A DNA stretch of 64,000 nucleotides, taken from assembly GCF_000738915.1 (NCBI RefSeq), contig NW_026515635.1, positions 434,001-498,000 of the forward strand, read 5' to 3'. A program made the position numbers and the translations under genes. Numbering within the stretch: position 1 is the stretch's first letter; each line of letters begins with the position of its first letter. This document shows positions 10,615 to 21,450 of this stretch, one piece after another. The notes beneath the pieces are model-generated. The model made no database searches and was not told the origin of the DNA. It saw nothing but the letters and a program-made list of their open reading frames with translations. Source of the stretch: Nematocida ausubeli (taxonomy: Eukaryota).

Positions 10615-11311
10615 TGCTGGGGGAAAATAGAGTTAGCTAAATTTTTCAACAAAAGAAAAGTTCTTTGCTGCAACAATATAGATTCTAGCCATATGTGAGT
10701 GCATGGAAAGCAAATGTTACAAAGGAATGCGTGGTGTAAGAGATAAAATAGTTTCCTAAGCAAAGAGCGCCAAAAGAAGAAGCATATAAAACATAATTAT
10801 ATTTGCCTTGTGTTTTTATCGTCTAATAACTAGAGGAGAAATACTTACAGCATAGGCAAGTTTTTTCTACTGCGTGTTATACATGCTTTAGTTAAGAGTC
10901 AGTATATAGGAGAAGGAATAAGAATACAGAGGGTAGAAACAAAGAAAACGCAAATTTCTTTAAGTAGACCATATATAAATAAATATATTCTATGACCAAT
11001 GTGCTAGAAAATCTTTTTACTATTTGCTTAAAGAACACAAAGTATTTAAAGAAACAGAAGCAGTTCTATTTTCAGGAACGAAAGAGATGAGTGTAACCTG
11101 AAACCTGAATAATAACAAGATGGCAGGGCAGTAAGATAGATCAATCACCAAAAACCCACAATATAACAAGCATATAATTCATGCGACTTAAAATATGAAA
11201 TATCTATTAGAAAGCATGAATAAAAACAGTGGGAGGGCAAAAATATTTTGATGCCAGCAGGCAGGAAGGCGTTGTAACGGCAATATTTTATTTTAAGACA
11301 CAAAAAGAATA

Positions 11312-11384
11312 CGTCCTGACAGGGACTCGAACCCAGAACCTCCTGATTAGAAGTCAGATGCGCTGCCAATTGCGCCACCAGGAC
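11312..11384 (-). tRNA. tRNA-Arg(TCT)
   Basis: Acceptor stem GTCCTGG/TCAGGAC, D arm TGGCGCAATTGGCAGCGC, anticodon loop CT-TCT-AA, T loop GGTTCGAGTCC, and a downstream TTTTT terminator. Confidence 0.95.
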
Positions 11385-11421
11385 CTGCTATATTTAGCAA
11401 TACTTGCATATTTTTATTCGC

Positions 11422-11700
11422 ATGGACCAAATATGCAAGGAGTATGCAGCCACAGGCAAATGCAGCAGAAAGAGCACATGCACTAGCAAGCATGCAAGGG
11501 ACGTGGTAATTGAAGAGGAGAAGTGTCTTCTGTGCGCTAGGCCTGCCCAGTGCGTGACTGTCTGCAAACACTTCTTTTGCTACGACTGCGCAAGAGGATT
11601 TATCACACAGTCCACAAAATGCATAATATGCGATGAAGAGACAAATGGAGTAGTATTTATCACTGTGAATGAAAGCCCAAAAAAGAACCAGAGAAAATAG
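11422..11700 (+). CDS. CWC24: Reduced Cwc24/RNF113A-like protein (CCCH zinc finger plus RING), 92 aa
   Basis: CKEYAATGKC.....C...H is followed by the RING CLLC...VCKHFFCYDCA.......KCIICDEETNGV, matching the Cwc24 pattern CKDY..TG.C / C.HYFC..CA / C..C...TNG. Confidence 0.8.
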   Translation: MDQICKEYAATGKCSRKSTCTSKHARDVVIEEEKCLLCARPAQCVTVCKHFFCYDCARGFITQSTKCIICDEETNGVVFITVNESPKKNQRK

Positions 11701-12265
11701 GTGGTTGGCGTGCAGGGCATTACACACGCATTATTCAGGCTGTATCATATAGAATGGATGCACTTTTTATTTCAGATGCAGAGGCGTCTTATCTACTTAC
11801 ATTTGCCACCATAAAATCTCGCAAACTTAGAATAGTGCGGTCCTATTGCCTCTAGATATTTCTTAGTTTCGTCTGAGATATTCAATGTGTTTATTTCGCT
11901 CCAGAACTGCAGGGCTGTGCTTAATTAATTCATCAACTGGCTTATTTGTAGTGTATAGAAATCCTAATTTAAACTCGCTCAGCATTCCTTCTATTGTGTT
12001 GGGGTCATTTGCTGCTCCCTTCATATTTATTTTTTCTCATTTCTATTTATAATTCAGCAAAGCATTGCATTGCGCCATAACAAAACAGATCTTTCGCTAT
12101 AGCTGCAAGAAAGTCTATAATAAACGAATATATTAATATACAATATGCATACCCAGCCAAACATAGTTTACTGCAACATAGTACACTGCAGAATACTCCT
12201 TTTATACTTCAGCAAGACATTATATTTTATATGACTGGAACCGTGAAGACTATCATATTTTGTGA

Positions 12266-12337
12266 GGCCCGGTGGCGCAAAGGTAGCGCTTTCGACTCCA
12301 GATCGAATGGTTGGGAGTTCGATTCTCTCCTGGGTCA
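12266..12337 (+). tRNA. tRNA-Trp(CCA)
   Basis: Acceptor stem GGCCCGG/CTGGGTC, anticodon arm TTCGA-CTCCAGA-TCGAA, T loop GTTCGATTC, and T5 runs downstream. Confidence 0.95.
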
Positions 12338-12365
12338 TATTTTTCGCTATTTTTATTTTTAATTA

Positions 12366-15266
12366 ATGCACGTGCGGGTTCCAAAGAGCTTCCAGCACAA
12401 AACAAATAGCATTTCCACTACGTCATACACGCTCATCACCTTTCTTCCTGGAAGGTTGGCCAAAGAAATGACAAAAACATTCAACCTTTTTTTTGTGATC
12501 CTTTGCTGCATTGTGATGATCCCCAATTTGACCTCCTTCTCAAAGTCTTCCTACATATTGTGCATTTCATTCTATATTTGCACAAGCATTCTGAAAACCG
12601 GAATAAATGAAATTAAAAAGTACAGGCTAGACAGAAAAATCAATAAAAGAGAGGTAGATGTAATTCGGCACGAAAACCTCACCAAGATATGGAGGGAGGA
12701 CATAAACGTAGGAGAGCGGGTGATAATAAAAAAAGGAGAAATTATTCCAGTGAACACACTTGTGCTAGGCGCATATACAGAGAAAGGCAGAGGAAGCGGT
12801 GGGTGCGTCCCGCAGATACACATCGAAACCAGTGCAATCGATGGAGAGAGTGCACTAAAGCTTAGATCCCCACTTACAGCGATGGGGTCAACAGGCGCGC
12901 TGGAGCCGCACGAGATGGCTGTGTTGGAGACCATAAAGGTAGAGTACGACCCAGAGACACAGTCTGGCGAGTTGGCAATAGAGGTGCAGGACCCTCAAAT
13001 GAATGCGCCTGTGCTGCAGTCCATTCAAATTCCCATTACAAAGAAGAATGTCATTCCAATGGGAGCATCCATATACACAGACGCAACCACCATTGTGCTG
13101 TCTCTTGGGGGAGAGCAGAAGAAGGCGAAGCCTTCTCGCATAAAAGGATCAATCTTCATAAATATGATATCCAACATAAGCATATACACAATGATTGCTT
13201 ATCTTATACTGCTGCTTATATCCGTGGTAAGTGCGTGCTGGTTTATGGTGCGCAGTGAGTGGCTTCTTGGGAGTGTCGCGATCTCCATCACAAGCGATAG
13301 CATGCGTACGCTTGTCTCAAATGTTTTGATTTTCAGCAGCTTGATACCCCTCTCGCTTTTTGTCACGCTTGATGGGCTAAGAATATCATACTCGATATTC
13401 ATACAGAGCGATACCACCATGCAGTCAAATGAGACACAGACAAAGTGCAACACCCACGGGGTTCTGGAAGATATTGGCTTGATTTCGCATGTGCTTTCAG
13501 ACAAAACAGGCACCCTTACTCTGAACCAGATGACTTTGAAAGGATTCCATCTACCTGGGAGCAGCTCGCTGGCTATAAGGGACCCAAAGAACTTGCAGGC
13601 GCTGTACCAGTCCATGAATGTAATAAGCATTCTGACAGTCCTACTATGCCACTCTGTTTGCATGGTAAATGGTGAGTACATAGGAACATCACAGGAAGAG
13701 GTGTGCTCTCTGCAGTACTTCAGAGACAACCAGATAGTCCTTCTAAGCAACCAGGATGGACGCGTGACCATAGATATAGAGGGAAATATACTGACAGCAC
13801 ATGTATTGGGGGTTCTTCCATTCTCCCCAGCCATAGCAAGAATGTCTGTCATAGTGCTGGTGGAAAGAAAAGTATTTATTCTAACTAAAGGGTCTGATGA
13901 AACTGTCCCCAATATGTGCACTCTGCAAGTGGGGGGAGAGTATCGAACACTTACTATGGCAGGCACTGAAATATCAAAAGAAAGCCTGCAAAAGATATCT
14001 GAAGATACCACAGCCTCTTCTGGGCTAGAAGAAGCAGCAGCAAGCGAGCACAGGGAAAATATAAAGAAAATTATAAGAGTGATGGAGAATAAAAGTAAGA
14101 CAGGTAAAGACTATGAAAGTCTAAAGGGCATCTCACTACCTATAGAATTTATCATGGAGTGCGAAAAGCTCACAGAATACATTGGAACTCTCTATCTTGA
14201 AGACACTTTGCAGCCGGATGCAGCAAAGACTGTCAGGTCAATCACAAACAAAGGGACCAACCTGTGGATGGTAACTGGGGATAGAAAAGAAAGTGCTATT
14301 TCCTGCGGGATTCTTTCAGGAATGGCAAGTGGTGTCAGGGCCATATCAGGCGCAGAAATGATGCGAATTGTAGAAAGCGAGCCTGAGCTGCTAAAAGAAA
14401 AATCCTTGGTTCTTTTTAGATGCACGCCAGAGCATAAGAAGGAAATTGCGCATATTCTAAGGCGTGCTGGAAACATTGTATTAGCAGTGGGGGATGGTGA
14501 GAATGACATTGGAATGATTGAAGAGGCTGATATTGGAGTGTGCGTATGCGGCCCAGAGTCAAGCAGAACCTCGCTCTCTGCAGACTTGGTAATTCCTTCA
14601 TTCAGTGCACTGGGAAGGCTTGTTATGCATCACGGACCGATTGCTTTAAATCGGCTGCGAAATGTATTTCTGTTCTTTATATTCAAAAGTGTGTGCGTGG
14701 CTGTGTGTCAATGCATCTACGGTGGGTTTGTTGGGGCGTCTGGCTCAATGGCTCCATCCTCGCTTTTCCTTATTTTCTTTAACTCTCTTTTAACATCGCC
14801 TCTTTCTGTTGAAATGGGGCTTTTTAGAAGGGCGTGCATAAGAAAGTCTGTGTTTGACTCGTTTCTTCGTGGTGTGTTGTACGGAGTGGCTTCTTTCTGT
14901 GTGGTGTACAGTCTATTTGGATCAATTGATGTTATAAGCATGGATGGGGAGTTAGGAGGGCATTCTTTGGTAAGCTGCTTCTTTTCAATGTGTTTGTTCA
15001 TCTCGACTGTATCGTACTTTATATACTCAGCAGAGTCATTTGTGATATACTCCTTTCTAGCTCTGTTTGTCTCTATGATGTTTTTTATCCTAATAATCGG
15101 CATGGATATTGGATTTGAAGCCTTTGCATCCCCTGCATTCTATCTGTGCGCAATATATATGATTCTAGCTGGGATGGCTGTGGAGAGAGTATCTGCAGTT
15201 TTGAGAAAAAATCATGCAGAGAGACAGAGTTCTGACGTGTGGGAGGAGCAGACAGTTCGTGCATGA
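12366..15266 (+). CDS. P4-type ATPase (phospholipid flippase)
   Basis: N.ISTTSYT..TFLP, ETSAIDGES, IPLSLFVTLD, SDKTGTLT.N.M, TKGSD, LWMVTGDR, FRCTP..K and AVGDGENDIGM motifs. Confidence 0.95.
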   Translation: MHVRVPKSFQHKTNSISTTSYTLITFLPGRLAKEMTKTFNLFFVILCCIVMIPNLTSFSKSSYILCISFYICTSILKTGINEIKKYRLDRKINKREVDVIRHENLTKIWREDINVGERVIIKKGEIIPVNTLVLGAYTEKGRGSGGCVPQIHIETSAIDGESALKLRSPLTAMGSTGALEPHEMAVLETIKVEYDPETQSGELAIEVQDPQMNAPVLQSIQIPITKKNVIPMGASIYTDATTIVLSLGGEQKKAKPSRIKGSIFINMISNISIYTMIAYLILLLISVVSACWFMVRSEWLLGSVAISITSDSMRTLVSNVLIFSSLIPLSLFVTLDGLRISYSIFIQSDTTMQSNETQTKCNTHGVLEDIGLISHVLSDKTGTLTLNQMTLKGFHLPGSSSLAIRDPKNLQALYQSMNVISILTVLLCHSVCMVNGEYIGTSQEEVCSLQYFRDNQIVLLSNQDGRVTIDIEGNILTAHVLGVLPFSPAIARMSVIVLVERKVFILTKGSDETVPNMCTLQVGGEYRTLTMAGTEISKESLQKISEDTTASSGLEEAAASEHRENIKKIIRVMENKSKTGKDYESLKGISLPIEFIMECEKLTEYIGTLYLEDTLQPDAAKTVRSITNKGTNLWMVTGDRKESAISCGILSGMASGVRAISGAEMMRIVESEPELLKEKSLVLFRCTPEHKKEIAHILRRAGNIVLAVGDGENDIGMIEEADIGVCVCGPESSRTSLSADLVIPSFSALGRLVMHHGPIALNRLRNVFLFFIFKSVCVAVCQCIYGGFVGASGSMAPSSLFLIFFNSLLTSPLSVEMGLFRRACIRKSVFDSFLRGVLYGVASFCVVYSLFGSIDVISMDGELGGHSLVSCFFSMCLFISTVSYFIYSAESFVIYSFLALFVSMMFFILIIGMDIGFEAFASPAFYLCAIYMILAGMAVERVSAVLRKNHAERQSSDVWEEQTVRA

Positions 15267-15621
15267 AAATGCTATAAAAGGAACATGCAAATAGTACGAG
15301 CCTAGCATCATTTCTAACTTAAACAGACTTAAAATAAGAAATGCTATATTCCGAAGCTGTATGTCAGTATAGACAGCATATTGTAGAAATAACAACAGTT
15401 TTGCAATATCTGTATTATGAATTTATAAGCATAAAATGCCTATTTTTTCCTTGCGGTATTCTGTACATATAAATTAGTGCGTGTGTGGAATAAACTATAA
15501 ATAAAAAAGAACTTGAACTTTAGGCATATATAAAATGATTGTGTTCTCATTAGATTATGCCTGACTTTTTATTTATAGATTGCAAGCTAGGGCTCATAAT
15601 TCTTCCATTCCACATGCATAT

Positions 15622-17412
15622 TTATTTTACTTCTGGATAAAAATATGCAAGCGACTTTTGCAGGGCATTGATCATTGCTCCTGGTGTGTGATGGATGAAT
15701 GCCTTTGCCCAAAGCTTTATGGCACTGTACTCAGACCAGTGTGTTTTTCGAACCAAAAAGGTGCTAGGTGTGTCTTTAGTGTGCCGTATTTTATATATAT
15801 CTCCAGGTATGTATAACTTTTCCATCCCTTTGTTTTTTAGCTTTCTAAGCAGCGCATGAATGTACTTGTTCTTGTTTTTATACTTTGACACGCTTATTGC
15901 ATAGAAGTGCGTGGCAAGCAGCCGCAGCTCAAAAACAGTTCCAAAGCAAAGAGTGGGCACAATATCATTCCCGTAAATTATAACTGTGATTTTGTTTTCT
16001 GGGTTGTTTCCGGATAGGGTGTTAAACCACTTTGGATTGTTTATAATGGGAGGGGGAGAATACGCAATGCAGGAAACCGTGTACTGCGACAAAAGGGGTC
16101 TCTCCCGCATGAACATCCACACAAGCATGGCTAGGGAGCCTCCCAGAGACTGCCCAACCAAGCATATTCGGGTTATCTGATTCTTCACCATCAGCTCCTT
16201 AATTGCATTCTCTTTCTCATTTATAAATCGCTCAGACTCCTTAAATATCCCTCTGTGGAACAGATTGTTCTTGTATCGGTGGTATTTATAGTCTATGTCA
16301 ATAAGAGCTTCTCTACTATGTAGGGTGCCCTTAAAAGTGATATAAAGAATGCCCTCTTTTCGATCTATGAATATCACATGTTCAAGGTACTTGCTGTCTG
16401 CATGCACAATGTCAGTGTACGGTATTCCAGAGAATAGGTGGAAAAACTTCTCTTCTGGATCTGTTTTTGAGTTCTTGCAGTATACGCATATACAGTTTTC
16501 TATTCTTATTTTAATGACATTGATGAGAGAGTGGAAGTTAAGAAATGCATGCCCATACGGCGCAATTGCGTATCTATACATTTCTAAGTGGAAGCTATAA
16601 AACTCTTTTTCTTCAATGTACCACTTAAATGGGTTTTTTGGTGGAGAAAGAACCTCCTTTAGGCTTTTGGAATAATTAAGTCGGTGGGGCATTGGGTCTT
16701 TTCTTTTAAAAAGTCCTTTGATTACATCAAGTATTCCTGTGCTTTCCTTCATCCCGGTGTACTTTGGCACGTCTTTGAACTCGGCTTTGTCTGTTTCGTT
16801 GTAGTAGACAAAGAGCTCTCGCACACCGTACACAAATTCTGAAATATTTTGCATGTCCCGAAACAGAAACCGAAATGCCTCCTGTAGATCAAATATCCGC
16901 CCTGCAAGAGCTTCATCTTTCAGAAACCCAGGCCATAGGAAGGGAGACTTTTTCTGCTCCGAGGCTTTGATGTATTTTATTTTTACAACAGACAGAGCCA
17001 AATAAAACTCCATCTCCTTCGGGACAAAGTCAAACTTTCGAGGCTGTCTACTGTAGAGCCAGCTATTTATTGGGTCATTTGTAGGAAATAGCTTCAGATA
17101 GTGGACTGAGTTTTTCTTTTTTTCAAGCAAGTCTTCAACCTTTTTAAAAGTGTACCCAACCAGATGATTTCTTAGAAAACCCTCTTCTATAATGAATATC
17201 TCTAGCACTCCCATTTTAACATCCTGTATAGACTCAAAATGCAGAGTAAATACTGCAAGATCTCTGTTATACTTTACCTTCTGCCCATTATATAATATGT
17301 TTATTGTGTATCCTGATGTGAATAGAGGCGCACCCTCCCACCACCACATATTATTGTCCTGTGTGGCTAGTGATTCTGGCGAGCATGATAACAATTTACA
17401 CTCAATATCCAT
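15622..17412 (-). CDS. Class 3 lipase (DAG-lipase-like) with a probable N-terminal C2-like region
   Basis: TFKGT....EALID, FHRGIF, nucleophile elbow GQSLGG, AYSPP, NDIVPTL and a C-terminal HH. Confidence 0.9.
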   Translation of the reverse strand: MDIECKLLSCSPESLATQDNNMWWWEGAPLFTSGYTINILYNGQKVKYNRDLAVFTLHFESIQDVKMGVLEIFIIEEGFLRNHLVGYTFKKVEDLLEKKKNSVHYLKLFPTNDPINSWLYSRQPRKFDFVPKEMEFYLALSVVKIKYIKASEQKKSPFLWPGFLKDEALAGRIFDLQEAFRFLFRDMQNISEFVYGVRELFVYYNETDKAEFKDVPKYTGMKESTGILDVIKGLFKRKDPMPHRLNYSKSLKEVLSPPKNPFKWYIEEKEFYSFHLEMYRYAIAPYGHAFLNFHSLINVIKIRIENCICVYCKNSKTDPEEKFFHLFSGIPYTDIVHADSKYLEHVIFIDRKEGILYITFKGTLHSREALIDIDYKYHRYKNNLFHRGIFKESERFINEKENAIKELMVKNQITRICLVGQSLGGSLAMLVWMFMRERPLLSQYTVSCIAYSPPPIINNPKWFNTLSGNNPENKITVIIYGNDIVPTLCFGTVFELRLLATHFYAISVSKYKNKNKYIHALLRKLKNKGMEKLYIPGDIYKIRHTKDTPSTFLVRKTHWSEYSAIKLWAKAFIHHTPGAMINALQKSLAYFYPEVK

Positions 17413-18421
17413 TTTACTTTTGTTTGGCTAATTCTTAAATATTTTTATATGTAAATAAATAGAAAATCTTACTATAAATTGATCTATAGGAAGATAAATC
17501 AAGCGCACTGGACATCAATATAGAAAAATGTTCTTTGAGAGCTTCAGATAACTTCTTCTGCAGCCTTCTTCCAACCATATTGTATTTGGTTGCTGCTGAG
17601 ACTTCTTTCCTATGTGTGTATAAAACCACTACATCATGTTTAATAATTAATATGCCTGGGTATATATCCGAATTTAAGCGGCGCTGGTTTGTATTGCACA
17701 CTAGAATCTATAAATACAACAGGTTTAAAGGATTCTGATAAAGCATCCATGTTATAGTTAGCACTGCTACTGTGGGGCAGGCTATTATAGTAGGTGTGTA
17801 TTTATGGTTTGCATGCACTAGTATCATATATGGTGTAATCATTGATTATACACCTATATTTTCAAATGAAAAAGATAGATCAATAGTTGACATCTCAAGT
17901 CATAAGAGATTGATTTGATATAGTGAGCATTGCTTTTGCATTTTGGATTTATCATTATTCTTTGTCATGCAAGTTCTCGCTATTTATTGAATTTCTCATT
18001 AATGCTCTTATAGATTCTTCTTAATTGCATAAATAGCCATGTATCTGAGTATATGAAATAATATTCCCGAAACTTATTTGTCTTTTCAGAATAAAGACGC
18101 TTCTATAAATATAAGGCCAGAATAAGTGCATAGAGAAGACCAGCAGAGCATACAGTGCCTTTCTTTTCGTGCATCTTTCGTATAGGCAGCGTGCTACTAT
18201 ACGATGTTACGGTTTGGAAATTGCCTTTAAACAGATCTTTTACTATAGGCTTAATATGCTTGCTGTGTGCCTTTATGTTTAAATAGTCATGTGCTCATTA
18301 ATGAGTATACCTCTGTAGAGAAGCATAAGAATAAAAAGATTCTGTAATAATTTAGCTAATACAGTTTACTGTGCTATAAAATGTGTGATATTTATTAAAT
18401 ACTCATAATTAGTAAATTTTC

Positions 18422-20080
18422 TTAGCCTGCAGATCGGGCTGGCCTTGCTTTCTTTTTTATGAATGGGTCTTTTTTGTACGCTCTTTTTCTGTAAAGAATT
18501 GCTGCCCACGTGATAATTACAACAGGTGTAATGACTATCAAAGCGTCTGTAAGTATGCTGTAGTATATAAAGTTACTTGGGACAATGATATTGTCTGTGC
18601 CGCCTGTTAGAAGTGCAAGCATAGAGCTAGAGACTTTTTCTTGCAGATGCTTTCTCATCTGTGAAACACTCATTGGTTTTCTCTGCATTAAGACTGCAAC
18701 ATATCCAGCTATATATGCAGCTGATATGCTTGTGCCCTCGCGCTGGCCATACTCCACAGAAAGCGATGACTCGGACACTTCTCCTACGGTGGCCATACCA
18801 GGCGCATATGCGTCAACACAGTCGCCTGTGTTAGACCATTCATCTGGATTGAGGCTGTCTGAAAGGCTTCCTATGGTAATTGTGTACTTGGATCTAGCAG
18901 GGCTGTAGTTGCAGGCCGGCAGGCTACTATTTCCAGCAGCAACCACCACAGGAATATTTGCATCATAAAACATCTTCAGAGAGGTGTCCAGTATGGCAGA
19001 CTTATTTCCTGTGAACGGCAGAAGAATAACCTTTTGTGTGCCACTCACCGATATGCCATCTAAAACATGGAGAATATCCGACAGATATGCCGTGCCATAT
19101 CTAAACACAGGGTGCAGAATAACTTCAGCCTCTTTGGCCAGGCCTGTTTTTGTTCCTGCTGCTACAGTTATTACTGAGGTGGGGTGGGCGCTCGGCTGAT
19201 GCTGGGGGCGCATGCGGACAATCTCCACGCGGCCTTCTACCTCTCTGTGGATCTGTCCAATATCTGCATCTAGTATTTCTATGGACACGCCCTTTCCTGT
19301 ATAATTGCTCTGCAAAGGAAAGTACATGTTTCTGTACCACTTAAATAGACTGGATTTTTTTACAAGATATCCATTTCGAATATGTCTATTCACAAACCCG
19401 TCTAGCCACTGTATGTTAAACAGCCTCTGCTGGCTGTTCAGCATAGTATAGAAGTTGTCTGGCAAGTTAGTCTGCTTGTATGCCAGTGTGTATTGCGCAT
19501 TAGCCTCCAGACTTATTTGCATTGTGGAGAGGTCAGAGAGAACTGCACTGATCTCTTTCTGGGAGAGCTTGCACACAGAAAGACCACTAAACACATTTCT
19601 GTAAACATATTGCAAGTACCCGCCTTTCTGCTGAATTTTTCTTCTAAGCTTTTTCTCTTTCTCGGGAGTTATATGGTGTGCAAGAACCAGAATATTGCAT
19701 TCGCTCAGGTCGCTAGTAATCTCTTTGTAGGGTGATTCGATTGGATCTTCATGGTATGCACTCTCCAGCCTAGGCATTTTCAGTTGTTTCTGTGAAGTAT
19801 CATGGGCTTCCTTCTTAGGGGCTGCTGTTTCTGAAAGAGGGTCCTTTCCAATACTATCCGTAGACGTGTTCTTGCTAACTGGCGCATTTCTGATGCTGTT
19901 TATTTCAACCGGCGGCAAAGACGACTGCATGTAACTTGAGACTGTATATGGCCCTCGCCAAGTATCTGGCTCAATTCTCTCTATTCCGTGATCATTTAAC
20001 GTAACTACAATATTATCAGTTGAAATCTGAAAAGCACGTGTGCCCAACATAAACAGAAGGACATTCCTGCACGCGCGCAT
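18422..20080 (-). CDS. Subtilisin-like (S8, proteinase K-type) protease with signal peptide, prodomain and C-terminal TM (microsporidian SPL2-like)
   Basis: GKGVSIEILDAD (Asp), SAHPT (His), VVAAGN (oxyanion Asn), CNYSPA, WSNTGDCVDAYAPG and GTSISA (Ser). The first in-frame ATG is at 20080. Confidence 0.9.
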   Translation of the reverse strand: MRACRNVLLFMLGTRAFQISTDNIVVTLNDHGIERIEPDTWRGPYTVSSYMQSSLPPVEINSIRNAPVSKNTSTDSIGKDPLSETAAPKKEAHDTSQKQLKMPRLESAYHEDPIESPYKEITSDLSECNILVLAHHITPEKEKKLRRKIQQKGGYLQYVYRNVFSGLSVCKLSQKEISAVLSDLSTMQISLEANAQYTLAYKQTNLPDNFYTMLNSQQRLFNIQWLDGFVNRHIRNGYLVKKSSLFKWYRNMYFPLQSNYTGKGVSIEILDADIGQIHREVEGRVEIVRMRPQHQPSAHPTSVITVAAGTKTGLAKEAEVILHPVFRYGTAYLSDILHVLDGISVSGTQKVILLPFTGNKSAILDTSLKMFYDANIPVVVAAGNSSLPACNYSPARSKYTITIGSLSDSLNPDEWSNTGDCVDAYAPGMATVGEVSESSLSVEYGQREGTSISAAYIAGYVAVLMQRKPMSVSQMRKHLQEKVSSSMLALLTGGTDNIIVPSNFIYYSILTDALIVITPVVIITWAAILYRKRAYKKDPFIKKKARPARSAG

Positions 20081-20121
20081 GAAAGGTGAAAACACTCATG
20101 GTTTTAAAGAGTAGAATAATT

Positions 20122-20445
20122 TTATTGGGTCATTTCTTTGATTTGTTTCTCTTCGGCTGTCAAGAAGTTCTTGAGGATTCTTTTCTCTACGCACACTCCG
20201 CAAACTGTTCCACCGTATGCTCTGTTAATTGTTCTCTGGGACTTTGGAAGCCTTGCAAATGCTGCTGGTCTAAGAGTTGGGATTCCCTCAAGCTTCTTCT
20301 TGCAGTCACCGCACTTCTGTGGGCTACCTGTTTTCTTCTGTTTTTTGAAGTACAACTTTCCAGTCTCCTTGTCCTTTGCGAAGACCATGACGTTGCTTGG
20401 TGTAATGTATGGATTGTATCCTGCTCTAACTACTCTTTGTGCCAT
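20122..20445 (-). CDS. RPL34: 60S ribosomal protein eL34
   Basis: MAQRVVR...NPY.TPSN, KCGDC..KL.GI..LRP and RAYGG..C..CV..RI...FL..E motifs. Confidence 0.97.
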   Translation of the reverse strand: MAQRVVRAGYNPYITPSNVMVFAKDKETGKLYFKKQKKTGSPQKCGDCKKKLEGIPTLRPAAFARLPKSQRTINRAYGGTVCGVCVEKRILKNFLTAEEKQIKEMTQ

Positions 20446-21027
20446 TGACAAGGCATAAAAAAATAAAAATAAATCCACCAAGAGACACACCAGTGCTTTC
20501 TAAAAATAGTTTCAAGAGCATGCATGTGCAGAGAGGGAAAACAAGCGCACTGCAAAGTATAACTCAAATTGCAGCAAAGCCTGGCACGCATGCAGATTGT
20601 GCTTGAAATATTGCAAAAACAGAATAAGTGGCATTTTGCAGAGGCAGATATATGCATCTAGAAAACCAACGAATATTGCATATGTGGATAGAAATGGCAT
20701 GCGTTAGAAAGAAAAGCCTAGTATATAGTTAGGATGCGTTCTCATTATACAACAATATAAAGTATTACGCACAAATCAAAAAGATATTTCATAAGTAGAA
20801 TGTGCACTCAGTAATGCATGCTGCAGTTCTCTAGCAGAAACATGCTCTGAATATATTGATCACTAGTGCATGCTCTGCACATGCTGTTTTATATAGGTTT
20901 TCGGGCTATATCTTGCAGAGTTTATCTGTGCATATGCATATAACCATAAATATTAACTCTGCATGATTTTATTCCCTACACACATACCATAGAAGAAAAC
21001 ATTTATGTGTTTATTTCTGTATTTTTT

Positions 21028-21342
21028 ATGCGGGAAATCCTCCAAGCCTCTGAAACAAACCCAGAAACAAAAAAACAGATAGAATCCTTGCTGGAACTAT
21101 TTAATATGAAGCTATCAAGTAACACAAATACAAACTATGCCATGCTTCTTTTCATCAACAACCTGTACTACAAAACAGTTGGAAACATAAAGGACATCCA
21201 AAAACAGTCCGACGAGAACATACACCGGCTGTACAAGTACAATAAGCTCAAGGATACAGCACAGGAAATTCTTGGAAAACTTGCAGAGCTAAAGGGAGTA
21301 ACCAATAAAAAGATTGCACAGGAGTATGATGCGCCTGAATAG
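21028..21342 (+). CDS. SWI5: Swi5/Sae3-family recombination mediator
   Basis: The C-terminal IHRLYKYNKLKDTAQEILGKLAELKGVT matches the Swi5 consensus HI..LH.YNEI[KR]D....L.G.LA...G.T. Confidence 0.8.
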   Translation: MREILQASETNPETKKQIESLLELFNMKLSSNTNTNYAMLLFINNLYYKTVGNIKDIQKQSDENIHRLYKYNKLKDTAQEILGKLAELKGVTNKKIAQEYDAPE

Positions 21343-21450
21343 ATGTTCTCCAGCCATAAGCATGCTTGAATAAACTCTACACATATTTAATTGCTTCTGT
21401 TCGTGTATCTTGGAGTACTGTCTGCCTCTCTCTATAGTGCACAACTTGCG

